In this document: positions 9,794-18,154 of the stretch, one piece after another
Numbering within the stretch: position 1 is the stretch's first letter
Layout of the letters: each line of letters starts with the position of its first letter
NCBI GenBank assembly: GCA_018399255.1
Contig: JAGYPA010000018.1
Coordinates: 1,060-65,059, forward strand
Reading direction: 5' to 3'
DNA: 64,000 bases
Source: Spirochaetales bacterium
GTDB taxonomy: Bacteria; Spirochaetota; Spirochaetia; JABMQR01
Position numbers and translations under genes: made by a program
The notes under the pieces: generated by a model
Database searches by the model: none
What the model was told of the DNA's origin: nothing
What the model saw: only the letters and a program-made list of their open reading frames with translations

Positions 9794-10922
9794 GATTTTT
9801 CTCCTTTTGGATAGTATAATACCCCGATAGCTGATAGTCGACTATCAGGTACATTGCATGGGACCAGAGCAGCGGAGCGGCAACAGGCCCCCATCGCTCT
9901 TCCCATGGTCGAATCATTGACGGATCGTTTGTCCGGGCAAGGACCTGCTCGGGCAGCGTTCCGTCATCTTTCTGCTGGCGGATTATCCAATCCAGCAGCG
10001 GCCGGGCCTTTTCGGGACTGCCTTCTTCAAGGTAGTACCAGGCAAGCCACGCTGAAAGTATAATCCACTGCCCTCCACCATAATAGGTGTCTTCCGGATA
10101 TCGTTTTACACCTCCTTCTTCAAGAATTTGCCGTTCTATCGCTTTGACGGTATTCCGCATCAAAGGGTGATCTGCAGGGAATATTTTGTAGGGAGTACTC
10201 AGCCAGATCAGGCTGGCATCTATGCTTTCTGAGCCGATATATTTGGGAAACCTCCCGGATGGGTGGGAATACTGGATAATAAATGAGCGGATGGTCCCTG
10301 CCAGGGTTTCAGCAGCAGCCCTGGCAGACGGGTCAAGATAGCGGGATATCGCTTTCACTCCTCCGGCAACACAGGCAAGGGTTGACGGATGAATGTGATC
10401 CGGGTGTTCCTCCCAGCAGTCGCTGTTGGGAATATTCCACACCATCGATAAGTACTGAAGGACCAGGTGCACACTTTCCAGCCACTTCCCGGGAATTTCC
10501 TGCAGCTGTATTTTTTCCAGGTATTGGGAAAGCAGCCAAAGCCAGGATCCGTATCCGTCTATCTGGAAATTCGGCCAATCAGATTCATCGTTACCGCCGT
10601 CAACGGTATACCGCGCTCCGAGAAAGTCGGAATTTGCAAGTGGTCCGCCGGTTTCCAGTTTGCCGGGTAGCTGTTCGATTATAAGCCGATGTTTGAGAAC
10701 AGTCCCGCTTACCCAGTTCAGATAGCGCATGGTTCCTTCTTCCTGCCCATACAGGAGCAGCGCATATGCATTGTAGGTGTTGTCTCTCAGCCAGGAGTAT
10801 CCGTATTGAGAGAAGGATGGGCTGGCAACAAAGGCCCCGCCGGCATGCTGGTGCGCCATTATGATTTCCAGACTGGTATCGGTAAGCAGGGTTCTTTTCG
10901 CTGTAATGTCAGTGCTGTCCAT
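9786..10922 (-). CDS. Glycoside hydrolase family 15 (glucoamylase/glucodextranase-like), cytoplasmic
   Basis: YSWLRD, FQIDGYG, DCWEE, LPEQV, PLLWSHAMY. Confidence 0.88.
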   Translation of the reverse strand: MDSTDITAKRTLLTDTSLEIIMAHQHAGGAFVASPSFSQYGYSWLRDNTYNAYALLLYGQEEGTMRYLNWVSGTVLKHRLIIEQLPGKLETGGPLANSDFLGARYTVDGGNDESDWPNFQIDGYGSWLWLLSQYLEKIQLQEIPGKWLESVHLVLQYLSMVWNIPNSDCWEEHPDHIHPSTLACVAGGVKAISRYLDPSARAAAETLAGTIRSFIIQYSHPSGRFPKYIGSESIDASLIWLSTPYKIFPADHPLMRNTVKAIERQILEEGGVKRYPEDTYYGGGQWIILSAWLAWYYLEEGSPEKARPLLDWIIRQQKDDGTLPEQVLARTNDPSMIRPWEERWGPVAAPLLWSHAMYLIVDYQLSGYYTIQKEKNHA

Positions 10923-10940
10923 ATCTCCTCCAAATTGTAA

Positions 10941-10965
10941 GTAAGCGTTTACCGTAAGCGCTTAC
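10941..10965. promoter_or_regulatory. Tandem LacI-family operators upstream of the GH15 operon
   Basis: GTAAGCGTTTAC (10941-10952) and perfect palindrome GTAAGCGCTTAC (10954-10965), with the central CG typical of LacI sites. Confidence 0.8.
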
Positions 10966-11005
10966 TTACCTATCAAAAAAACCCCGTCCTTCCGGCACCT
11001 TGCAA

Positions 11006-11995
11006 TCAGACATCCGTTACTGAATCACGAACAGAAATACTGTGCCGCAGGACAATATTTTCACGCCTGTCGCTTTTCAGCAGCAGATCCATTGCCCACT
11101 CCCCCATTTTCTCTATCGGCTGTCTGACCGTGGTCAGAGCAGGAAATGTCATTTCAGCATCCAGAGTATCATCATAGCCAATTATTGACATACTGTCGGG
11201 AAGGGGTATCCGTTTACTATGCAGATAGGCCATCGCACCCGCAGCCATCTCATCGCTTGCGGCAAAGACTGCCGTCAGTCCGAGGTCTCTTTGCATCAGC
11301 TCCTCCATCGCCGCGGAACCGCTTGTAAAATGAAAATCCCCATAGGCAATTCGGGCTTCCAGCAATTCGATTCCTGCATCCTCCAAAGCCTGTCGGTATC
11401 CGGCGATACGCGGCTTGCCGGCTATCCGGTCTTCAGGATTACCGCTGATCATACCTATTTTCCTATGTCCCCGGCCGATCAGATAGGAGACGGCGCTGTA
11501 GGAAGCCTGCCGGTCATCGACCCGCACATAGGGAAACGGATATTTATCCGTGTAGGTTGCCACCAGGGCTACCGGTATATTGAGCTTTTCCAGAATTTCG
11601 CCATATTCATCTTTGAGCCATTCACTGATAAAGAGTATTCCGTCAACACGCTTTTCACTCAGCGTTTGTATGTAGTTAAGCGTTCTTTCACCATTCCGGT
11701 CCGTATTGCAGATTATGACACTATAGTTCTTGCTGTGGGCTACCTTTTCAATTCCTTTGAGAAGTTCAAATGAGAAGCGGCTGGAAAGGCATGGCATCAG
11801 CACGCCGATTGTGTTGGTAGTCTGGCTTACCAGCCCCCGTGCAATTGCATTCGGCTTGTAGCCGAGCTCATCAATTACACGCAGGACCTTTCGCCGTGTG
11901 TCTTCGGTAAATCCGGTTTTATTGTTTATTACGCGGGAGACCGTTGCTGTTGAAACTCCGGCCCTTCTCGCCACGTCATCGATCTTTGATATCAT
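11006..11995 (-). CDS. LacI-family transcriptional regulator
   Basis: IDDVARRAGVSTATVSRVIN HTH, YKPNAIARGL hinge, IIGYDD, LTTVRQP. Confidence 0.95.
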   Translation of the reverse strand: MISKIDDVARRAGVSTATVSRVINNKTGFTEDTRRKVLRVIDELGYKPNAIARGLVSQTTNTIGVLMPCLSSRFSFELLKGIEKVAHSKNYSVIICNTDRNGERTLNYIQTLSEKRVDGILFISEWLKDEYGEILEKLNIPVALVATYTDKYPFPYVRVDDRQASYSAVSYLIGRGHRKIGMISGNPEDRIAGKPRIAGYRQALEDAGIELLEARIAYGDFHFTSGSAAMEELMQRDLGLTAVFAASDEMAAGAMAYLHSKRIPLPDSMSIIGYDDTLDAEMTFPALTTVRQPIEKMGEWAMDLLLKSDRRENIVLRHSISVRDSVTDV

Positions 11996-12018
11996 TATCC
12001 ACTATCACCTTTCGTTAA

Positions 12019-12061
12019 GTAAGCGCTTACGTAATAATATCACAAATCGCACAGACGTCAA
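12019..12061 (-). promoter_or_regulatory. LacI gene promoter with autoregulatory operator
   Basis: Minus strand TTGACG-16 nt-TATTAT with extended TG. Palindrome GTAAGCGCTTAC at 12019-12030 is identical to the site at 10954. Confidence 0.75.
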
Positions 12062-12100
12062 GTATTCTTTTGCGTTTTTTTCCTGGCAGCCTTCAGGCCG

Positions 12101-12766
12101 CTATAAAACCCGTTTGACAGCTTTTATTTTTTTTATGTCGACCGTCTTGCCCAGCAGTACCAGGGTTGAGGCTTCTTCGACTGCATAGTCCGGTTGGGGG
12201 ACAAGAATAAACTCCTCCGGATCCAGCTGCTTTATGGCGATGATGTGCACATTGTATTTTGCCCGCAAATTGAGCTCCCTGATCGTTTTCCCTATAAACT
12301 CTCGCGGCGGTTCTATCTGAACTAAATCGAATTTGTCTGAGAGCGGAAGAAAATCGAGCACATTCGGGCGGGAAAGATTCCGGGCAATTCGCATAGCCAT
12401 TTCTCTTTCAGGGAATATGATATCGGTAGCCCCGACCCGTTTCAGAATTTTTCCGTGATCATCATCCAGGGCTTTTACAAGAATTCTTTTAACACCAATT
12501 TCGTGCAGATAGAGACAGATAATAATACTTTCACTGATTTTGGTTCCGGTACTGACCACAACACCGTCGGTTTCTTCCAATCCAAGGGCTTTCAAGGCAT
12601 CCTTATCTGTAGCATTCATCACAACGGCTTCCGTTGTACATGAATCTATCGCCTGAATCCGGGCACGGTCAGCATCAATGGCGATAACTTCATGGCCTTC
12701 CTCAAAGAGAGTTTTTGCGGTATAGAATCCAAAATTACCCAGGCCGATAACTGCAAAACGCTTCAT
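12101..12766 (-). CDS. trkA: TrkA/KtrA potassium uptake NAD-binding subunit
   Basis: FAVIGLGNFG Rossmann motif, VGATDIIFPEREMA, C-terminal RCK_C (FIGKTIRELNLRAKYNVHIIAIK). Confidence 0.92.
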   Translation of the reverse strand: MKRFAVIGLGNFGFYTAKTLFEEGHEVIAIDADRARIQAIDSCTTEAVVMNATDKDALKALGLEETDGVVVSTGTKISESIIICLYLHEIGVKRILVKALDDDHGKILKRVGATDIIFPEREMAMRIARNLSRPNVLDFLPLSDKFDLVQIEPPREFIGKTIRELNLRAKYNVHIIAIKQLDPEEFILVPQPDYAVEEASTLVLLGKTVDIKKIKAVKRVL

Positions 12767-12818
12767 TGTCTATCTCCTCTCCCGCCTATCCCGGTCCTGA
12801 TCCATGAAAAACATCTGA

Positions 12819-12889
12819 GGCTCTTGCAAAAAGCAAGAGCGACGATTTGGAGCCAATTTCAAAAATGCGAAGCATTTTGAAATTGGCTC
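12819..12889 (+). repeat. Intergenic palindromic repeat element, copy 1
   Basis: Hairpin GCTCTTGC-AAAAA-GCAAGAGC followed by an 18-bp-stem hairpin (12850-12889). 32 bp are shared with 30263-30294. Confidence 0.7.
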
Positions 12890-12895
12890 ATCTAT

Positions 12896-14250
12896 CTATC
12901 CGATCATGATATTCTCTTCAGAATATTCAATTCCGTTCGCCGCGCTCGTGCCAAAGGCAATAATGAGGAAAGGCGTAAAACCCTCACCGCCGACAATCAT
13001 TATAGGCAGATAAAAAAAATTCACCGTTGCGCAGCGTTCAGCAGCGTGTAACGCCCATGGAAAGTCCGACAGTACCGTAAAGCTGAGACTGTTTCCTGCA
13101 AACAAACAGGCAAAATGGTTGCGTCAGCGATTACGGCAGCACTGTTTTTCCGTTGGTTGCCAGCAGGAAAAAAAATCAGCCTGATAATAGTACTCGCCAA
13201 CGATCAGAATAAGAGATCGTCCCACCGTATCTTCAGGTATGCTCTTTTATACATGCTCACCCGTTTATAACTTTATTCTGCTCCAGCTGCTGGCCATAAG
13301 AATTGCCAGAGCGGTTGTCTTGACCCCTCCTCCGCATGAACCGGGATGCTCCCACAAACATCAGAAACAGCATCAGGCTGGTCCGGGTATCACCAAGGGC
13401 GGCAATATCCATTGTGCAAAGCCGGCAGTGCGGGCTGCTACCGATTGGAAAATCGCCCTGAGAAATACTTCTCCTGGTGGCAGGATCGGCCAATGAAAAC
13501 TCCGGCAGGCTTAAGAGCAGTGCCCCTGGCACATCAGCAGGATTGAAGTAGTCAGAAATAGTCCTAAGTCTGAATTGAGACTTTTAGTCCATTTAATTTT
13601 GTAAGGATCTTTTCAATCTCATACAGGACCGAATTCCTTGACTGCTGAAGATGATCAGCAGGCTCATGACAGCATTAAGATGTAGAAATTGAGCTGCTGT
13701 ACTGTGACAAGGCTGTCAGGAACAGAGAGAATCCGGCATTGCAGAAGGCGGAAACAGCATGAAAATTCCTGTATAAAGCGCATTCTGACAGGCATAACGT
13801 GGACCAGAACAAGCTCAGCAGCAGCGCCCTCGATAAGCTCAATCAGAAATATAAACTTAAATCGATACTTATGACAAACTCGGTAAATATCATCTCTGGA
13901 GTGTGTGAAAACAAATCCTGCATTACCTTTCTGTCGAAAGGATACACTTCTCTCATCCATGGAAGCATGGTTACTGAGAGAGGGTCATGACCCTGATACC
14001 TCCCCAGTTGAATGAGCACCAGGATAACCAGCTGGGCCGAACAGGGTAAGGCAAAATATCCGGTACATAAACAATAATCAGCCTTGTTACAAAACGGCAG
14101 AGACTGCGGTAAACAACGCGTCCAGTGCATTGATGCTCCCCTGCACCGTCGAGAACGGAAGCATGAGCAGCAGCGTGCCGATTCCGATAAGGGAAAGAAA
14201 GCTTGCGAGAACCAATGCGCCGGGATGTATTTTCTTAAAGGCGCCGGAAA
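12896..14250 (-). pseudogene. trkH: TrkH/KtrB potassium channel subunit, heavily frameshifted (start approximate)
   Basis: Fragments: HPGALVLASFLSLIGIGTLLLMLPFS...LDALFTAVSAV, QLVILVLIQLG, LMLFLMFVGAS, C-terminal EYSEENIMIG. Full-length span lies directly upstream of trkA. Confidence 0.8.
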
Positions 14251-14253
14251 GAA

Positions 14254-14790
14254 TCACTGCAAGCTCCGAGGACTGAGAAAGTAGGTGCAATGTGTATGTT
14301 CTTTACGGGTGCACTTTTCCAGCTGTATCTTATGCCCGAGAACCAGTCTGTTCTGGCAGGCGCCGCAAACCGCCATCTCCTCCTGATTGCTGAATTCAAC
14401 ATAAGCGAGATACGGGCAGCATTCATCCAGAATGCTTGCTGTTGAATTCAGACCATCATCAACGGAAATTGTAACAATCCCGTTTTTAAGATACTTCTTT
14501 TCGCATCCCGAATATTCAGTTCCAATATCCTTCAGTGTTTCCAGTATTTCTCTATGAGGGATGCATAAAAGGGCAAGAACTGGAATGTCGTGATGCTTCA
14601 AAGCGCGGCAAAGATTTGACAGACGTTCCCGGTCCCGCAGTTCTACTGAACAGAAATTAACCAGAACCAGATCATACAGCCCGGTAATGGCTGTATCCAG
14701 ACAGAGAACTGGTGAACTCTCCACCTCACATCCCCCTCCACCTGTAATGGTCCGAGTGATATCACAAATCAGAAATTTCTCTTTTTTCAA
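14254..14790 (-). CDS. Hypothetical protein with Cys/His-rich C-terminus
   Basis: TTG start overlaps the kinase stop, with AAGGAG RBS. ECCPYL...VCGAC...KCTRKEHTHC. Confidence 0.65.
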   Translation of the reverse strand: MKKEKFLICDITRTITGGGGCEVESSPVLCLDTAITGLYDLVLVNFCSVELRDRERLSNLCRALKHHDIPVLALLCIPHREILETLKDIGTEYSGCEKKYLKNGIVTISVDDGLNSTASILDECCPYLAYVEFSNQEEMAVCGACQNRLVLGHKIQLEKCTRKEHTHCTYFLSPRSLQ

Positions 14791-16616
14791 CCATATCTCC
14801 TTTCGACAGGGAGCATAAAAGTGAACGTACTGCCTGAGCCTTCAGCTGAATCGACCCAGATAGCTCCCCCATGAGCACGAATAATCTCCTTGCATATTGC
14901 AAGGCCAAGTCCGCTGCCGCTGTTTTTGTCCTTCGATACCTGCATAAACTTCTGAAATATTTTCGCCTGGTATTCCAAAGGAATGCCCGGTCCATTATCA
15001 CGAACTGAAAAATACGCATTCAAATTATCCCGCCAGGCTGAAAGAACTATCTGCCCGCCTTGACTGACATATCTGAGCGCGTTAGATATAAGATTGGACA
15101 ACACCCAGGTTATTTTGTTAGCATCAACCTCCACCTTAATATCGCTATTGGGAGCAGATACCGAAAGAACCACCTTTTTCATATCCAGTTGGCCGGAAAA
15201 AATTTCTGAAACATGTGTAAAAAGCGAAAAAACCGAAACCCGCTCAAAATCCAGCTCTATGCTTCCTGCTTCGAGTCTTGAGAGATCCAGAAGCTCATGG
15301 ACCAGATTCTTCATGCGGTCGACCTCCTCACAGGCTACCTGGAGCAGCTCCTTTTCGCGGGGCGCCAGATCAGATTCAATTTGATTGCGAATCAACTCTA
15401 TGCTCATTCCCAGGCTGGTCAGCGGTGTGCGCAGCTCATGTGAAGCAGCCATGATAAACTCACTTTTCATGCGTTCTACTTCCTTGAGATGCGTTACATC
15501 ACGAAGCAGCAGGACAACTCCAGAAATTTGACCATCCTTGCCTCGAATGCTGGTAACCGAAAAGAGAAAATGTCGAATTGCATCTTCTTTTGCAATAATA
15601 AGAATTCTGTCCTCGTCTGCCACTTCCGGCTTTTTCCCGGTTTCAATTGCCTGCTGTATAATCCCGCAAATTCGTTTGTCACTGATAAAATCATCGCAGT
15701 GCAGTGCTGAATAATCAGAAAATTCCAAACCAAACAATGTTCGGGCTGCTGCATTTATTCCGGTAACTGCGAGTACTGGATCGAATACTATCATCCCATC
15801 TTCAATACTTGCCAGAATGGCCTCACCTTTGCGCTTTTCCGAAAGAATCTGTTCAATATTCAGTTCATGATACCGCTGCAGCTTCGATACCATCTGGTTG
15901 AATTCCCCCGCCAGCAGTCCCAGTTCATCAGGTGTTCGGACCGGAACGCTGACTGTATAATCACCAGCTGAGATTATGCGGGAAGCTTCAATAAACTGCC
16001 TCAGGGGTTTAACCAGTCTTTCGGCCAGAAACAAACTGAAAACCAGCGCCAGAATCAGAGCGGATGCAGCAATGACTGATGTGGACCAGACTGCTCTTGC
16101 AGCAACTGAACCGGCACGATCTCTTGCCGCATACATAACTTTCTCATTCATGACATATAGTTGATTGCATTTGCTGCGAACAACTGAGGATAAGCGCAGA
16201 ACGTCTCCGGATTCCGGACTGGTAATACCCTGAGTGCTCATAGCGGAAAACACCAGCTCCCTGTATTCACTGTATGTCTGCTCTATGCTGTTGACGAGAT
16301 CCTGTTCTCCGTCAATAGTAATATTATCTTTAGCTCTAGCCAGCCATTGAATAAAAACCAGATCCGCTGCCCTGAGCTCCTCCTGAATTTCTCCAGCAGC
16401 GGCCGCATAGGAAAGCAGCATGTATATACGGCTCTCCTGTGCTTCAAGAGATTCAGCCATGTTTTTTGCAGCCAGGATGCTGCGGTAATTTTCGCTGAGA
16501 ATAGCATCAGTAGCATCACGTAACGAGAGTATATTAGTAATCGCCCAGATTATTACGATACTCAGCAGCGCAAACACTACTCCATAACCCATTAAAATAT
16601 TTTTTTTCAGCGTCAT
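14787..16616 (-). CDS. Sensor histidine kinase (2 TM-HAMP-PAS-HisKA-HATPase; KinB-like architecture)
   Basis: DELGLLAGEFNQM HAMP, ASHELRTPLTS H-box, NLISNALRY, DNGPGI, GSGLGLAIC. Confidence 0.95.
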   Translation of the reverse strand: MTLKKNILMGYGVVFALLSIVIIWAITNILSLRDATDAILSENYRSILAAKNMAESLEAQESRIYMLLSYAAAAGEIQEELRAADLVFIQWLARAKDNITIDGEQDLVNSIEQTYSEYRELVFSAMSTQGITSPESGDVLRLSSVVRSKCNQLYVMNEKVMYAARDRAGSVAARAVWSTSVIAASALILALVFSLFLAERLVKPLRQFIEASRIISAGDYTVSVPVRTPDELGLLAGEFNQMVSKLQRYHELNIEQILSEKRKGEAILASIEDGMIVFDPVLAVTGINAAARTLFGLEFSDYSALHCDDFISDKRICGIIQQAIETGKKPEVADEDRILIIAKEDAIRHFLFSVTSIRGKDGQISGVVLLLRDVTHLKEVERMKSEFIMAASHELRTPLTSLGMSIELIRNQIESDLAPREKELLQVACEEVDRMKNLVHELLDLSRLEAGSIELDFERVSVFSLFTHVSEIFSGQLDMKKVVLSVSAPNSDIKVEVDANKITWVLSNLISNALRYVSQGGQIVLSAWRDNLNAYFSVRDNGPGIPLEYQAKIFQKFMQVSKDKNSGSGLGLAICKEIIRAHGGAIWVDSAEGSGSTFTFMLPVERRYG

Positions 16617-16636
16617 TTTTTTCCCTTCCTATATCG

Positions 16637-16654
16637 ATGCAAGATATGTGCCAA
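16637..16654 (-). promoter_or_regulatory. Sigma-54 (-24/-12) promoter of the kinase-ktr operon
   Basis: Minus strand TTGGCACATATCTTGCAT is an exact GG-N10-GC, ending 20 nt before the kinase ATG. Confidence 0.85.
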
Positions 16655-16705
16655 CCGCTGATGCCGAACTGATTGAGCGACTTTAGTGATGATATGGTAT
16701 TCATA

Positions 16706-16750
16706 TTGCATAATGAAAGCCTTGGCAGGAATGGACATTGCATTCTGCAA
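16706..16750. promoter_or_regulatory. Putative enhancer sites (UAS) for the sigma-54 activator
   Basis: TTGCATAATGAAA (16706-16718) and palindrome TTGCATTCTGCAA (16738-16750), offset by 32 bp, upstream of the sigma-54 promoter. Confidence 0.6.
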
Positions 16751-16755
16751 GTATT

Positions 16756-18102
16756 TCAATTGAGGTGGTACGTCCGTCTCTTTCTCCAAAGGGTAGCTTG
16801 ATCTATTCCCAGAATTGCAGCTGCCTCTTGAATTGTTCCAGTACGAGCCAGTACACGGGAGATATGGATTTTTTCCAATTGACTGAGAGAGACAGGATCC
16901 CCTGGCGAAGGAGTTCTGGATTCAGTAAATACTCCGCCGGGAAGCGGGAGCGTATCCAGATTTATTGAAGTAACCGATCCAAGAATAACCGCACGTTCTA
17001 TACAGTTTCTTAACTCACGAATATTCCCCGGCCAGGAATAACCGACAAGCCTCTCCATAGCATCCTGACCAATTTCAGTAATTTGCTTATGATTGATTGA
17101 AGAAAAATGGGAAAGAAATCCGCGGACAAGAGGAATGATATCTTCTTTGTGCTCACGAAGGGGAGGTATAGAAATCGATATCACATTCAGGCGATAGTAT
17201 AGGTCTTCACGAAATGTACCGTTATGTATTTTTTCTTCGAGATTTGCATTTGTTGCGGCAATTATGCGTATATCTGCTTTGCGCGTAACCGGGTCTCCTA
17301 CCCGCTGATAGGTTTTGTCCTGTATTACCTGCAGAAGCTTAGCTTGCGTCGAAACAGGCATATCTGCTATTTCATCAAGAAAGAGCGTCCCTCCCTCACA
17401 CATAGCAATTCTTCCGGGATTCTCTTTATGCGCTCCGGTAAAAGCCCCGCGCATATGGCCGAAGAGCTCACTTTCCAGCAGTTCTGAAGGCATCGCAGGG
17501 CAGGAAACAATGGAAAATGGACGCAAAGAGCGGGAGCTCCATTGGTGAACAGCCTTTGCCAGCACCGATTTGCCAGTTCCGCTCTCCCCTGTCAGCAGCA
17601 TTACTGCTTCAGAAGAGGCCGCTGTTTTTACAGTTTCCAGAACGCGCTTCATTCCGGGGTTTGCACTGATAAAATAGCTTTCCGGTTCGTGATTTGCCGT
17701 CTGCTCCCGCAATGATGCAAGCTCGAGTTCAAGGCTGCGTATTTTCTGAATACGGCCAGCTATCAGTCGAATTTTTCCTGCGGAAAAGGGTTTTTCTACA
17801 TAGTCTGCTGCTCCCAGTTTCATGGCCTCAACAGCACTCTCTATGGAAGCATGTGCAGTTATCATGATAATTTTCAACCAGGGACTGGTAGACAGGAGTT
17901 TGGGGATAAGATCCATACCGCTTTCTGTACCCAGCTTCAAATCCAGAAATACAGCATCGAAACAGTGACGTGATGCCTCTTCCAGCGCATCGAAACCGCT
18001 GCCAACAGCAATAACCACATGGCCTTCTTCAGCCAGACAGTAAGAAATAGTCTTTCGGATATTGATTTCATCATCCACCACGAGGATACTCAATTCGACC
18101 AT
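16756..18102 (-). CDS. Sigma-54-dependent response regulator (NtrC/AlgB-like)
   Basis: REC (VVDDE, FLDLKL), GESGTGKS, GAFTGA, LFLDEI, WPGNIREL, Fis-type HTH. Confidence 0.95.
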   Translation of the reverse strand: MVELSILVVDDEINIRKTISYCLAEEGHVVIAVGSGFDALEEASRHCFDAVFLDLKLGTESGMDLIPKLLSTSPWLKIIMITAHASIESAVEAMKLGAADYVEKPFSAGKIRLIAGRIQKIRSLELELASLREQTANHEPESYFISANPGMKRVLETVKTAASSEAVMLLTGESGTGKSVLAKAVHQWSSRSLRPFSIVSCPAMPSELLESELFGHMRGAFTGAHKENPGRIAMCEGGTLFLDEIADMPVSTQAKLLQVIQDKTYQRVGDPVTRKADIRIIAATNANLEEKIHNGTFREDLYYRLNVISISIPPLREHKEDIIPLVRGFLSHFSSINHKQITEIGQDAMERLVGYSWPGNIRELRNCIERAVILGSVTSINLDTLPLPGGVFTESRTPSPGDPVSLSQLEKIHISRVLARTGTIQEAAAILGIDQATLWRKRRTYHLN

Positions 18103-18154
18103 AGCAGCAGTATAGCGTAAATAATTATAAAAAAGGAAGACTCCTTTACAGCCT

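Noticed and set aside
8056-14290. Programmed frameshifting, phase variation or stop-codon recoding in the broken genes
   Set aside because: Too many scattered indels and substitutions with no single slippery site; TGA, TAG and TAA end genes normally elsewhere.
16722-16742. Plus-strand TTGGCAG...TTGCA as a second sigma-54 promoter
   Set aside because: GG-GC spacing is 14 nt rather than 10, and it would point antisense into the regulator gene.
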